Source of the DNA: Candidatus Pacearchaeota archaeon
Lineage (GTDB): Archaea > Nanobdellota > Nanobdellia > Pacearchaeales > GW2011-AR1
Length of the DNA: 64,000 bases
Direction of reading: 5' to 3'
NCBI GenBank assembly: GCA_017609175.1
Contig: JAFCEJ010000001.1
Span: forward strand, 57,428-121,427
In this document: positions 1 to 9,542 of the stretch, in pieces
Layout of the letters: every line of letters begins with the position of its first letter
How positions within the stretch are numbered: the stretch's first letter is position 1
Made by a program: the position numbers and the translations under genes
Notes under the pieces: model-generated
Told to the model about the DNA's origin: nothing
Seen by the model: the letters and a program-made list of their open reading frames with translations, nothing else
Database searches by the model: none

Positions 1-885
1 ATCCTGAATTATTTTTTTGTATTTGAATTGGGCTTCATATTGCTCGTCTTCCCATGTATCATTTTTATTTATGTTTCTGTATCCTGTTGGTATTGATTTT
101 TCTTGTGGTTCTGGTTCAGATTTTTCTGAAACTGTTATTTGAATTTGCTTGGCTTCAATTTCACTATCTAAGAATTTATCATCAATAATTTGTGTTATTA
201 TTTTTAATGTGTATTCTCCTTCTTGTTCTGGTGTCCATTCAAATGTGACTTCTGTTTCTGATGACCATTCGATTTCTGTTTCTGTGATTGTCGGAACAAT
301 TTCTCCGTTAGGGTCTGTTATTTCTAATGTTATTTTAACCTTGTCTTTCAATTGTTCTTTTATTTCTTCTGGAACATACCAGTTTTTTGAATATTCAGAT
401 GGCGAGAGAATATCTGCTGTTATTGTTATTGTTTCTCCTGTTTGAATTGTTGAATCGCTTGTCTTGAAATTTTTAATTTGAGCAGAACCTGTTTCGAATT
501 TTCTTAAATAATTTTCGTATTTTCCTGCATTTCCTTCACCATACCAGTCTGCTCTTACAGCATAAGGAACATATCCTTTTTTGAAGAAATAAACAATATA
601 TCCATATTCAGATTGTAGATTTGTTGGATATGGTAATACAATTACATTATCGCTTCCGGTATTTAATGTATTTGGCCATAATCTTGTTGCAGTTTCACAA
701 GCAGAGTCTTGACAAATATAGCCTACGACAGAAACACCTTTTATTGGTGTGGTTGTAGTTAATCCGGTTCCATCTGGTTGTATGATTCCTTCATAAACAT
801 AATTTGCTTCATAAACAGTTGCTGAAACAATTGTTGAAATTAAAATTGTTACTAATGCAAATATTGTTAAAATTTTGGTTTTCAT
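1..885 (-). CDS. secreted/surface hypothetical protein, partial (3' end lies beyond window start)
   Basis: Frame checked triplet by triplet: no stop from the ATG (885-883 on the minus strand) down to base 1. The N-terminus MKTKILTIFALVTILISTIVSA looks like a signal peptide. Start overlaps the stop of the upstream ORF (ATGA). Absent from the ORF track because it has no in-window stop. Confidence 0.6.
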   Translation of the reverse strand, partial: MKTKILTIFALVTILISTIVSATVYEANYVYEGIIQPDGTGLTTTTPIKGVSVVGYICQDSACETATRLWPNTLNTGSDNVIVLPYPTNLQSEYGYIVYFFKKGYVPYAVRADWYGEGNAGKYENYLRKFETGSAQIKNFKTSDSTIQTGETITITADILSPSEYSKNWYVPEEIKEQLKDKVKITLEITDPNGEIVPTITETEIEWSSETEVTFEWTPEQEGEYTLKIITQIIDDKFLDSEIEAKQIQITVSEKSEPEPQEKSIPTGYRNINKNDTWEDEQYEAQFKYKKIIQD

Positions 886-1616
886 TCTCTTGCACCTCCA
901 ATACTCCCACCATTATCTCTTCCTCCTCTTACAGTCCCGATAGAACCTTCATCAGTTCTTCCACCACCAACGCCAATATCTGCAGGTTGTTCTGGGAGGT
1001 TATAATCATGTTTAATTTGTTCTTTAACACTTCTTCTTGAATCTTTTTCATTTATCTGAGCTCCAATATATCCTGCTAATACTGCTAATCCTGCACTAAT
1101 TCCCATTTGAACCCATTTATTTTGATACCATGATGTCTTTTGTGGTTTTGACTGGTTACATATTGATTCTAAACAAGAATTATTTTGTTGAGGTTGTGGT
1201 GTAAAGTCTGGAAATGTTTTTCTTTGAGTAGTGTCTGCTATAACTATATAGTTTTTTCCATTGCTTGACCATAATTTTACTCTTTTTATACTATCATTTT
1301 CGTCAGCCTCATTCTCAATTGTTGATTTATAATCACGAATTCTGGCTTCTAATTCATTATTTGTAGCAATTAGCTGATTTACATTAAATTTTTCATTAAC
1401 TTCTGGATATAATTCATTTGCATAAGTAGAATCAATTAAACCTTTTTTTAAACAATAAGCTAAATTATTCCAAACCTGTCTTTGTAAATCATCTTTAGTG
1501 ATATGAGTAGGTTTTGTTTTTAATTGAGTATAAGAACATCCAATAGGCGAAGTAGCAAGTGCTAAACTTAAACCATATATCTTAAGACGGTCTGTGAATC
1601 TTGTTTTGTTTTTCAT
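882..1616 (-). CDS. hypothetical membrane/lipoprotein-like protein with Gly/Arg-rich C-terminal tail
   Basis: 244-aa ORF. N-terminus ...LSLALATSPIGC is signal/lipobox-like. Hydrophobic segment WVQMGISAGLAVLAGYIGA. Tail GGGRTDEGSIGTVRGGRDNGGSIGG. Translationally coupled to the downstream ORF. Confidence 0.55.
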   Translation of the reverse strand: MKNKTRFTDRLKIYGLSLALATSPIGCSYTQLKTKPTHITKDDLQRQVWNNLAYCLKKGLIDSTYANELYPEVNEKFNVNQLIATNNELEARIRDYKSTIENEADENDSIKRVKLWSSNGKNYIVIADTTQRKTFPDFTPQPQQNNSCLESICNQSKPQKTSWYQNKWVQMGISAGLAVLAGYIGAQINEKDSRRSVKEQIKHDYNLPEQPADIGVGGGRTDEGSIGTVRGGRDNGGSIGGARE

Positions 1617-1637
1617 GTGTTTTTTTAGATATAATGG

Positions 1638-1651
1638 CTTTATAAACTTTT
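1638..1651 (-). promoter_or_regulatory. BRE/TATA-like box (minus-strand reading aaaagtttataaag)
   Basis: Matches the recurring window motif AAAGTTTATAAA. Its centre is about 28 nt upstream of the ATG at 1616. Confidence 0.45.
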
Positions 1652-1752
1652 CTATATTGTTGTAATTGTAGAGTTACATCTATTTTTATGGAATTTAAGG
1701 TAGTAAAATTTTTTGATTAATTTTTTAAATTGAAGAATTCATTTTAATCTGT

Positions 1753-1838
1753 GCGTGGATGGTTTAATGGTAGAATACGACCTTGCCAACATTGTGTGCA
1801 AACAGGTCGAGATCCGGGTTCGATTCCCGGTCTGCGCA
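1753..1838 (+). tRNA. tRNA-Gly(GCC) with ~15-nt intron at 37/38
   Basis: Hand fold: acceptor GCGTGGA/TCTGCGC (two G-U pairs), T arm CCGGG-TTCGATT-CCCGG, anticodon stem CGACC/GGTCG, loop TTGCCA..A. The stem is interrupted by acattgtgtgcaaac (about 1789-1803). No encoded CCA. Confidence 0.85.
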
Positions 1839-1891
1839 TTTTAATAAATTTTAAAAGCAAACGATTTTTCTAAAATATATAATGCTTTACA

Positions 1892-1964
1892 GGTCCCGTG
1901 GTCTAGTGGTTATGACATCTCGTTTACACCGAGAAGATCGCAGGTTCGATTCCTGCCGGGACCA
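1892..1964 (+). tRNA. tRNA-Val(UAC)
   Basis: Acceptor GGTCCCG/CGGGACC, anticodon arm TCTCG-TTTACAC-CGAGA, T arm GCAGG-TTCGATT-CCTGC, discriminator A. No intron. Confidence 0.9.
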
Positions 1965-2020
1965 TTTTTGAAGTTGTATTAAGTAGTAATCTTTATAAGC
2001 CAGATAATTTTATTTCTGTT

Positions 2021-3568
2021 ATGACTGAAAGAGAAGAAATCCCTGAGATGAATTTGAATGATAAGTATTCAACAAAAAATATTCCAAAAATAGAGAGTCC
2101 TGATAAGATTAAGAAAGATATGGACAAAACAAAAAAAGAATTAGAAAAACTGAAAAACTATATTGTGAAAAAGTATTCTTATGTGCAGGCTGTTGGAATT
2201 TTGCCACCACAATCAATTAAAAGATTTATTGAAGAAGAGGATGTTCCAAAAGAAACTGAAAAGCATTTGCATTTACTAGTGATTGTTCCTGAGGAAAAAT
2301 TAAAGAAAATTCCAGAAGTAAAAAAAGATTTGATTGAGCAGATTGATAAAACAAAACAGAAAATTTGGCTTCATATTAATACACCAGTCGATATTTGGGA
2401 GATTTGCCTGGATAGTAAGTTTGATTTGTCTTCTGCGATTGCAATGGCATTTCCACTTTATGACAAGGGAATTTTGGGTGCATTAAGAGTTGCTGAAATT
2501 CACAAATCATTGGTTTTACAGAAATTTGAGAGATATGTTGTTAGTTATGTTATTGGTGGAAGTTTGGTTAGGGGTGAAGCTGTAAAAACTTCTGACATTG
2601 ATGTTTTTATAATTATTAATGATACTGATGTGAAAAGAATGCCTCGTTTAGAGCTTAAAGAAAAATTGAGAGCGATTATTTACCAATATGTTGCTGAAGC
2701 ATCTGCTTTGGCGGGCGTTAAAAACAAATTATCGCCGCAGGTTTATCTTTTGACTGATTTTTGGGAAAGTGTCAAAGACGCCCATCCAGTTATTTTTACT
2801 TTTATCAGAGATGGTGTTCCAATTTATGATAGAGGAACATTTATGCCATGGAAAGCATTGCTTAAAATGGGTAAATTAAAACCATCTCCAGAGTCTATTG
2901 ATATGTTTATGTCAATGGGAGATAAAACCGTTAAGAGAGTAAAGAATGTTTTACTAGATTTAGTTATTGGAGAAATTTATTGGAGTGTTATCACACCGAG
3001 TCAGGCTTTATTGATGCTTTATGGCCTGCCGCCACCAAATGTTAAAGAGACAGTTAGGGAGATGAAGAAAGTTTTCTATGAAAAAGAAAAAATGCTTGAA
3101 AAAAAATATATTGATATCCTAGAAGAAATTGCAATTAAATATTACAAAGGTTATGAACACGGCAAGGTTAAAGAAGTTTCTGGAAAGGAAGTAGACAAGC
3201 TTTTGAAAGATGCTGAAGATTATATGAAGCGATTGAAAGAATTAAGAGAACAAATTGAAAAAAGAGCACAGGAAAATACAATCGAGCAAATTTATAAGGA
3301 TGTTAGAGAATTATTGCAGACTGTTGTCGGAAAAAAATCACAAGAACAAATGGTAAAAGATTTTGAAAAAGATTTTGTTAAAAAAGGAAAATTCTCACCA
3401 CAACATCTGAGAATTTTAAAAGATATTCTTAGTGCAAGAGCGGAATTTAAGAAAGGGAAATCAGATGCCCACAAAGTTGATCAGGCGAGGAAAAATGCAC
3501 AAATTTTAATTAATGACATTATTGAATATAACCAGAGATGTGAGTTAGCAAATAAAAATAATTCTTAA
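2021..3568 (+). CDS. nucleotidyltransferase-domain protein (Pol-beta superfamily) with long helical C-terminal region
   Basis: GGSLVRGEAVKTSDIDVFIIIND fits the GS...DxD minimal NTase motif. The C-terminal helical part is paralogous to 6770..7633. Confidence 0.7.
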   Translation: MTEREEIPEMNLNDKYSTKNIPKIESPDKIKKDMDKTKKELEKLKNYIVKKYSYVQAVGILPPQSIKRFIEEEDVPKETEKHLHLLVIVPEEKLKKIPEVKKDLIEQIDKTKQKIWLHINTPVDIWEICLDSKFDLSSAIAMAFPLYDKGILGALRVAEIHKSLVLQKFERYVVSYVIGGSLVRGEAVKTSDIDVFIIINDTDVKRMPRLELKEKLRAIIYQYVAEASALAGVKNKLSPQVYLLTDFWESVKDAHPVIFTFIRDGVPIYDRGTFMPWKALLKMGKLKPSPESIDMFMSMGDKTVKRVKNVLLDLVIGEIYWSVITPSQALLMLYGLPPPNVKETVREMKKVFYEKEKMLEKKYIDILEEIAIKYYKGYEHGKVKEVSGKEVDKLLKDAEDYMKRLKELREQIEKRAQENTIEQIYKDVRELLQTVVGKKSQEQMVKDFEKDFVKKGKFSPQHLRILKDILSARAEFKKGKSDAHKVDQARKNAQILINDIIEYNQRCELANKNNS

Positions 3569-3570
3569 AT

Positions 3571-3843
3571 TTAAGCTTTAATATCTAACATAGGTTTTCT
3601 GACTAATAACGTTATAATGTCGCCAGTATTAGAATAAACTATTTCTATTTGTGTTGAAGATTGTGTGCTTGTTATTGTTTTTGAGGATGTTTGGGGGCGA
3701 TAATTGTGGGGGAGTTCATTATATTGGGGAAATGATAATCTTGGTTCTGGTCTTAATTTTTTTTCTTTAAATTCTTCTAAATTTGGGATGGGCCTTATTG
3801 TCCGGCTTCTTGGCCATCTTGTAATGATTTCTCCAATTTCCAT
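3571..3843 (-). CDS. hypothetical protein
   Basis: 90-aa ORF directly downstream of the G6PD-like gene on the same strand. No recognisable motif. Confidence 0.35.
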   Translation of the reverse strand: MEIGEIITRWPRSRTIRPIPNLEEFKEKKLRPEPRLSFPQYNELPHNYRPQTSSKTITSTQSSTQIEIVYSNTGDIITLLVRKPMLDIKA

Positions 3844-3877
3844 ATTTTTTAGAGATTCTTGAATTATTTAATTTTTT

Positions 3878-4924
3878 CTATTGTTTTTTAATGTTTAGAA
3901 CTAATTTTAAAAAATCACTGTGGCTAATTCCTTCTTCATAATATTTTAATTTTGGTTTTTTCTTTTCTATTTTTTCAATTACTTTCCATGCATTTATAGT
4001 ATCATTTATTGTGGGGAAATTGTCTTTTTTATTTTTGAAAAAATCAGCAAATATTCTTTTATACTCCTCACCTGATTTTAAATATCTTGTTTTACTATCA
4101 ATTTTTAATTTTGCTTCTTTTTTAGAAAATTTTTTGCCTGTAAAGAAGATAATAGTCTTGTCCTGAGCTTCAATTTCTAGATAGACACATGTTTCTGTGT
4201 CTGATTTTTTTCTTAGTTCTTTGACATATCCTTTTGTTTTGCCATCTCCATATTGTGCCCGGACGAATTTTTGTATTTTGAAATTTTGCAGATTTTTGTG
4301 CCCTGTTAATTTGAAAAAGAGATGTAAAAAATGATTTTGCACCATATCTTTTAGTGCTCCTGTTTTATCATAGTATGTAATCCGATTTTCTAATCCTAAT
4401 TTTTCCAAAGAGATAAATTCTATTTTCTTGAAATTTTTAATGTTTTTAGGAATATTCTCTTTGAATAAATAATGGTCTGAAAGAAAAATATCTCTTTCTA
4501 AATTATTTTTATCGACGATGTCTTTCAATTTTAGTGCAGATTCTATGCTGTCCCCAAACGGTTTTTCTATTAATATTTTTATTTTAAATCCCTCATCTCT
4601 GATTTTAATTAAAGACAAGAGTATTTTATCAATGTTTGATGGCGGTAAAGCAATATATATGTAATTTGTTTCTATTTTATCAAATAAGTTCAAACATTGG
4701 GAACATATGTCTTCTTTTTCAAAATTAATTTTAATATAATGAATTTTTTTTCTGAAAGAATTTGATAATTTATCTGCACAAACAAAATTCTTGTAATCTT
4801 TTTTTGTGAAATTTCTTCTTCCAAGTGCCCATACTTCTAAATCTCTTTTTTTTAAACTTTGGAGTGCAGGTAAGACCTTCCTTTTTACAAGGTCTCCTGT
4901 TGAACCAAATATAAAAAGTTTCAT
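3878..4924 (-). CDS. zwf: glucose-6-phosphate dehydrogenase-like protein (short, 348 aa)
   Basis: Motifs FGSTGDLVKRKVLPAL (NADP site), IEKPFG, DHYLFKE (compare RIDHYLGKE), VQNHFLHL and RAQYG. Confidence 0.7.
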   Translation of the reverse strand: MKLFIFGSTGDLVKRKVLPALQSLKKRDLEVWALGRRNFTKKDYKNFVCADKLSNSFRKKIHYIKINFEKEDICSQCLNLFDKIETNYIYIALPPSNIDKILLSLIKIRDEGFKIKILIEKPFGDSIESALKLKDIVDKNNLERDIFLSDHYLFKENIPKNIKNFKKIEFISLEKLGLENRITYYDKTGALKDMVQNHFLHLFFKLTGHKNLQNFKIQKFVRAQYGDGKTKGYVKELRKKSDTETCVYLEIEAQDKTIIFFTGKKFSKKEAKLKIDSKTRYLKSGEEYKRIFADFFKNKKDNFPTINDTINAWKVIEKIEKKKPKLKYYEEGISHSDFLKLVLNIKKQ

Positions 4925-5130
4925 TTTTTAATATATTATTTAATTATAATCTTATTTAAATATTTGGTTTTGAATAAATATTCATAATCTTATTTGTTCC
5001 TATAAATTTTTCAAGTTTAATAATTTTATAATAAGAAGTTTTAAAAACTATTTTTTTAGTTTATTATTTATGGTTGTGGGATTAAATCTCTAACCAATAA
5101 GATTTTAAATTAAATCATTTAAGAAATCCT

Positions 5131-5391
5131 ATGGTTAAAGGAAAAGTTGTTCAGTTCAGGCGAGGACGGCATACAGTTCATAAAAGGCATTTTTTGATTG
5201 AAATAGATGGAATTGGGAACAGAAAAGATGCTGAAAAATTTATTGGCAAGGATGTTGAATGGAAATCGCCTGCTGGTAAAATAATTAAAGGTAAAATATC
5301 TGCTCCGCATGGTAATAAAGGAGTTGTTCGTGCAATCTTTGAAAAAGGTTTGCCAGGACAAGCAATTACAACCGAGGTAGAAATAAAATGA
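5131..5391 (+). CDS. rpl35ae: ribosomal protein L35Ae (eL33)
   Basis: KSPAGKIIKGKISAPHGNKGVVRAIFEKGLPGQA closely matches archaeal L35Ae as I remember it. Confidence 0.85.
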   Translation: MVKGKVVQFRRGRHTVHKRHFLIEIDGIGNRKDAEKFIGKDVEWKSPAGKIIKGKISAPHGNKGVVRAIFEKGLPGQAITTEVEIK

Positions 5392-5618
5392 ATGAAATTA
5401 AATTTAGGTATATTGGACAACTTCATCGAACAATTGTAAATTCTTTAGCCGGCATAAGAAGAGATGAAAAGTATAAATTATCTTATGAGGAAGACGGAGT
5501 TAGAATAAAGTCAATTGTATCTGGAGAAGAACTTGGTGAAAAAATAAGTGAATTAGATTGTATCGGGTGTGTAGGTGTTATAGAAGGTCCAATTAAAAGA
5601 AAATTAGGGAAGACATAA
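5388..5618 (+). CDS. hypothetical small protein translationally coupled between two r-protein genes
   Basis: 76-aa ORF. ATGA overlap with rpl35ae, and its stop lies 1 nt before the L10e start. No motif recognised with confidence. Confidence 0.5.
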   Translation: MNEIKFRYIGQLHRTIVNSLAGIRRDEKYKLSYEEDGVRIKSIVSGEELGEKISELDCIGCVGVIEGPIKRKLGKT

Positions 5619-5619
5619 A

Positions 5620-6165
5620 ATGGCATCATTAAGAAAAGGTGTTGCATATTCAAAGAGGAAAGTTGTTCCTTATACTCGGAAGAGTAAGAAAAAAAGCAAA
5701 TCATATGTTAAAACAGTTCCGCCGGTTACAATTATCAAATACACTATGGGTAAAGAACGATTATATGAAGAAGGAAAATTCCCTTATGAGCTAACATTAA
5801 TCTCAACAGAAAAAGTTCAGATTAGAGATAGTGCATTAGAATCTTGTAGGCAGTTAATCAATAAAAGAATGGACAAGAATTTTAATGGACAATATTTTTT
5901 CAAAATCTTTCCTTATCCTCACCACATTCAAAGAGAGAATAAAATGTATAGTGGTGGGAGCAAAGGTGAAAGAGTTAATACTGGAATGCAATTGAGTTTT
6001 GGAAAGACAACAGACAGGGCTGCTATTGTAAAACAAGGAGACCCGCTTTTTTTAATTGCTACACAGAATAAAAAAGCAGAACAAATGGCAAGGAAATTAT
6101 TTCACATTGTTAAATCAAAACTGCCGTGTAAGACAAAAATTGTTTCTGGAGAAAACAATAGATAA
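5620..6165 (+). CDS. rpl10e: ribosomal protein L10e (uL16)
   Basis: N-terminus ASLRKGVAYSKRKVVPYTRKS... plus the central IRDSALESCRQ and MQLSFGK segments are typical of L10e/L16. Confidence 0.9.
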   Translation: MASLRKGVAYSKRKVVPYTRKSKKKSKSYVKTVPPVTIIKYTMGKERLYEEGKFPYELTLISTEKVQIRDSALESCRQLINKRMDKNFNGQYFFKIFPYPHHIQRENKMYSGGSKGERVNTGMQLSFGKTTDRAAIVKQGDPLFLIATQNKKAEQMARKLFHIVKSKLPCKTKIVSGENNR

Positions 6166-6190
6166 TTTACTTTTAAGTAGTAACATATAG

Positions 6191-6204
6191 AAAAGTTTAT
6201 AAAC
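6191..6204 (+). promoter_or_regulatory. BRE/TATA-like box aaaagtttataaac
   Basis: About 29 nt upstream of the ATG at 6227. Same consensus as other sites in the window. Confidence 0.45.
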
Positions 6205-6226
6205 TTTAATTTTAGATAATGATATA

Positions 6227-6748
6227 ATGGCATTAGATGATTTAATCAGATATGAAACTGCTGCTATTGCGGCAAGGAATGTTAAAGAAAAGCCAGAGGT
6301 AGCTTTAACTTCTATAAGTAAATTTTATGAAACATATGTAATTCCAAATACTGAAGACCCAATATCACGAAAAGCCATCCAAAGAGCATTTGAAGATGCT
6401 ACTTATGGAATTTTACAAGGCTTGGGTATAAGTAATGCCGGAGTCCTTGAGGCTATTGGAGTTTATGCAGGGAAATACGATGATGTTTTTAAAAATGCCC
6501 TTATCTCTGATATTTTAGAGTATGTTGGACAAGGGTATGAAATACCTCAAAATGTTACACAAGCACTTTCACAATATAGAGATATGAGATTTTCAGATTT
6601 GGAAGATGAAACAGCAAAAAAAGCGATTGAGGTTTTAAAAACAAGAAGATTAAAGAATTATGGGTTAAGTATGGAAATTGACGCTAATAATGAAATGACT
6701 TCTAGGGCTCTTTTAGAACTTTATCCTAGTGAAGAGTCTGGAGAGTAA
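6227..6748 (+). CDS. hypothetical protein
   Basis: 173-aa ORF with its own TATA-like box. No motif recognised. Confidence 0.5.
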   Translation: MALDDLIRYETAAIAARNVKEKPEVALTSISKFYETYVIPNTEDPISRKAIQRAFEDATYGILQGLGISNAGVLEAIGVYAGKYDDVFKNALISDILEYVGQGYEIPQNVTQALSQYRDMRFSDLEDETAKKAIEVLKTRRLKNYGLSMEIDANNEMTSRALLELYPSEESGE

Positions 6749-6769
6749 TAAAACAAAGATATCTAATAT

Positions 6770-7633
6770 TTAATTTTTGCCTTCTATTTCGTTTTTGACC
6801 AATTGGGCCATTGTGTGCAAAAAGTCTTCTGTTTTTGCCTGCCATGCATCTATTTCAACACCTTTTAAATCAGTAATTTCTCCATGGGCGATTTTTTTGT
6901 GAAGAACTAATAAATCTCTGTAATCTGTCACATAACTCATTTTTAATTTTCCAGCATCAACAAAAGTTTCTTTAAGATTTATTGGAATGTGTTCTGGTGA
7001 TGGTGGCGAAACATTTGCTGCAATTAAAGCTGCGTGTGCTGAATCTACCATTGCCCAGTATAATCCTTCAATAGAATTTAATTCTGCAACCCTACTTCTC
7101 GCAATATGCTGGGGAGCTCTCTGAAGACAGTTATAAATTGCTTCTGGTGTTGGTTTAATCTTCCCATTTATCAACAAATATTTTAAAGGTTCGAAGAATC
7201 CTGCCAAATCAATCATTGATTCTCCATATCTAAGTATATTTATTATGAGTGGGTCACCCCTCATTAAATCTTCCCACCAAGTACTCAATTTTATTGTGTT
7301 GATATGTAATTCTTTTTTGTATGGGCTTTGTTTTAGAATTTTTTCAAGTTCTTCCCGATACCATGTGATTAATTCATGGTCCCATTTTATAGAAACATCG
7401 TCGATGATAATTATAATATCAATATCAGAACCTGCTGTTTTATCTTTTTTTACAGACGAGCCAAACAAGATAACTGATTTTACCATTTTATTGAATTTTT
7501 TGTAAACCTTAATTGCAAAGTCCATTGCAATGTCATATTCGTCTTTCAATTGAATTTTTGGAACTTTTTTAGAATTAACCTTAGATTTCTTTTTCTTTTT
7601 AGTTTCTTTTTTAGAAGTTTTTTTTGCTACCAT
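6770..7633 (-). CDS. nucleotidyltransferase-domain protein with helical (HEPN-like?) C-terminal domain
   Basis: LFGSSVKKDKTAGSDIDIIIIIDD is an NTase motif. The C-terminal half aligns by eye with 2021..3568 (PTPEAI/PSPESI, YWA/YWS, PPSP/PPPN). Confidence 0.7.
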   Translation of the reverse strand: MVAKKTSKKETKKKKKSKVNSKKVPKIQLKDEYDIAMDFAIKVYKKFNKMVKSVILFGSSVKKDKTAGSDIDIIIIIDDVSIKWDHELITWYREELEKILKQSPYKKELHINTIKLSTWWEDLMRGDPLIINILRYGESMIDLAGFFEPLKYLLINGKIKPTPEAIYNCLQRAPQHIARSRVAELNSIEGLYWAMVDSAHAALIAANVSPPSPEHIPINLKETFVDAGKLKMSYVTDYRDLLVLHKKIAHGEITDLKGVEIDAWQAKTEDFLHTMAQLVKNEIEGKN

Positions 7634-7700
7634 TTTCCCTCTTTTTATATTTTTATTAAGCTAATTTGGTTTTTAAATTTATTTGATAAGAGTAGTTACT

Positions 7701-9467
7701 CTATTCCATAGGCCTTCCACTTACTCTGCTTCCTGCTGCTCCTGGCATTTGTCCTCCAAGCTCTGCTGGAAGATGTGAAAATCCTGCACCAAAGGTTTGA
7801 TAATTCACTTGGGGCAATGATTCTCCTAAGAGAGGCATAGAGAGATAACCTTGTTGAAAAGCAATTGATTGATTCCAGTAAGGAGCCATTTCCATCGAAT
7901 ATAATGGAGAGCCCATCGCCTCTAATGATGGTGTAAATGGTGCGCCGCCACCTTTTGGGGTGTGCTGAGTCCACCAGTCTCCTGCTTCAATAATCTTTTT
8001 TGCTTCAAAGCCTTTTTTTCCGAGTTTTTTCATAATTTCTTTAATAGGAACATTTCCCATTCCCATTGGCAATTCTGTATGTTCAAAACCAAAATTATCT
8101 GATAAGTGGATATGCTTAACATAAGGGGCAACTTTTTCTGTTTCCTTTAAAATATCTTTTTCTTCAAAACCATATTGTCTTAACATATTTATATGCCCAA
8201 CATCCCATGACGCACCAATTAATTTTTCTGCTTGAGCCCTTGCCTCTGATTTGGATATTCCTTCTTTAACCGCCTGTTCAATAAACCTCTTTCTTGATTC
8301 TTCTATAATTTTTTTCAAATCTTCTCCACGAGCAAATTGCTGATTAGCAGGAGGATTCTCTACAACCAAAATAGGTGCTTTATCTTTGAACTTTTTATAA
8401 GCATTGAATGCAACATTTCCAAATGTTGTTGCTGTTTTTTCAAGCATAAATTCGTCTAATGGTTTGTATATTTTTGGCGGAGAAATCTTATCAAAAACAT
8501 TTAATCCCTCTTCAATAATTTGTTTTCTTAATTCAATACTTTCTTTACTTTTTGGATCTTTATTTATTTTTTTTACTTTTTCTTGTATTTTTCTACTAAA
8601 ATCTTCTAAAATTTCTCTTTCTTCAGGCGTTGAATTTTTATATGCTGCTTCGTAAAGGTCCTTTAATTGCCTATAAGAATCATTAAGATAATTTTTTCCA
8701 ATGTTATATTGCAATAGTGCTTGTTTTTCTTGCTCTGAAATTCTTTTTCCTGCTTTTTCCTCAGCCTCTTTTCCTAAAAGTGTCATTTCTGCATGTTTTA
8801 TGAAATCAGTTGCTCTGTCTGCAGCATAACCTAATTGTGTTAATTGTTGATTCCAAGATTCTTCATTATAATGATTTATTTCCTTTTGAATATCTACTTT
8901 CCCTTCTTCGGGAAAATATCTTTCTTTTAATTTTATCTTTCCAATATTTCCTCTTTCACTATCAACTACGATAAGTCCTTCAACTTTCTCTCCTTCTTTG
9001 CTCATTGTTATATCTGGAGCTGGAAACATATTAGAAGTATGGAAGTTGATAATCCCTCCCTTAGGGTTTGCTTCATGAACTCTTTCTATGGCTTCAAGTA
9101 TTTGTCTTTCTGCTGCTTCACGGCTTGATTCTGTAAATCCTTGTTGAGTCATTCCAGATGGTTCTACCAAAGGACCATGAAAACTAACATCAATTCCTGT
9201 TAATTTACTTAAACGATTAATTTCTTTAAAATCGTGTTTATTCATTGCATCAAAAGTTTTTGGTAAAAGGAGTTCTACTTCAACATTTTTTGCACCTAAA
9301 TTAATTTTGCTTGAAACTTCTTGAGCAACACGAGCTTCTTGAGGGTTTGTTGTAATTCCTAAACTCTCTACAGGAACTCTATAACCGACGAATAAATTTC
9401 CATATTCAGGGTCTAAACTAGAATATCCTCCCTCATAAATATCTGAAATTTTGTATTCGCCTGGCAT
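7701..9467 (-). CDS. xylose-isomerase-like TIM-barrel protein with large coiled-coil insertion
   Basis: 588 aa. HIHLSDNFGFEHTELPMGMGNVP, ILVVENPP and VSFHGP resemble the AP-endonuclease-2/sugar-isomerase TIM-barrel family. The middle ~230 aa is Lys/Glu-rich and helical. Confidence 0.6.
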   Translation of the reverse strand: MPGEYKISDIYEGGYSSLDPEYGNLFVGYRVPVESLGITTNPQEARVAQEVSSKINLGAKNVEVELLLPKTFDAMNKHDFKEINRLSKLTGIDVSFHGPLVEPSGMTQQGFTESSREAAERQILEAIERVHEANPKGGIINFHTSNMFPAPDITMSKEGEKVEGLIVVDSERGNIGKIKLKERYFPEEGKVDIQKEINHYNEESWNQQLTQLGYAADRATDFIKHAEMTLLGKEAEEKAGKRISEQEKQALLQYNIGKNYLNDSYRQLKDLYEAAYKNSTPEEREILEDFSRKIQEKVKKINKDPKSKESIELRKQIIEEGLNVFDKISPPKIYKPLDEFMLEKTATTFGNVAFNAYKKFKDKAPILVVENPPANQQFARGEDLKKIIEESRKRFIEQAVKEGISKSEARAQAEKLIGASWDVGHINMLRQYGFEEKDILKETEKVAPYVKHIHLSDNFGFEHTELPMGMGNVPIKEIMKKLGKKGFEAKKIIEAGDWWTQHTPKGGGAPFTPSLEAMGSPLYSMEMAPYWNQSIAFQQGYLSMPLLGESLPQVNYQTFGAGFSHLPAELGGQMPGAAGSRVSGRPME

Positions 9468-9542
9468 TTTATTTTAATAAATTAAGAGCAATAGGATATT
9501 TTTTACCTCCTTTAAATTATTAAAATTTTCTTATTTATTAAT

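Noticed and set aside
149-1040. Plus-strand ORFs 149..445 and 804..1040.
   Set aside because: They are antisense to two well-supported minus-strand ORFs, have low-complexity Ser/Ile/Leu-rich composition, and use TTG starts.
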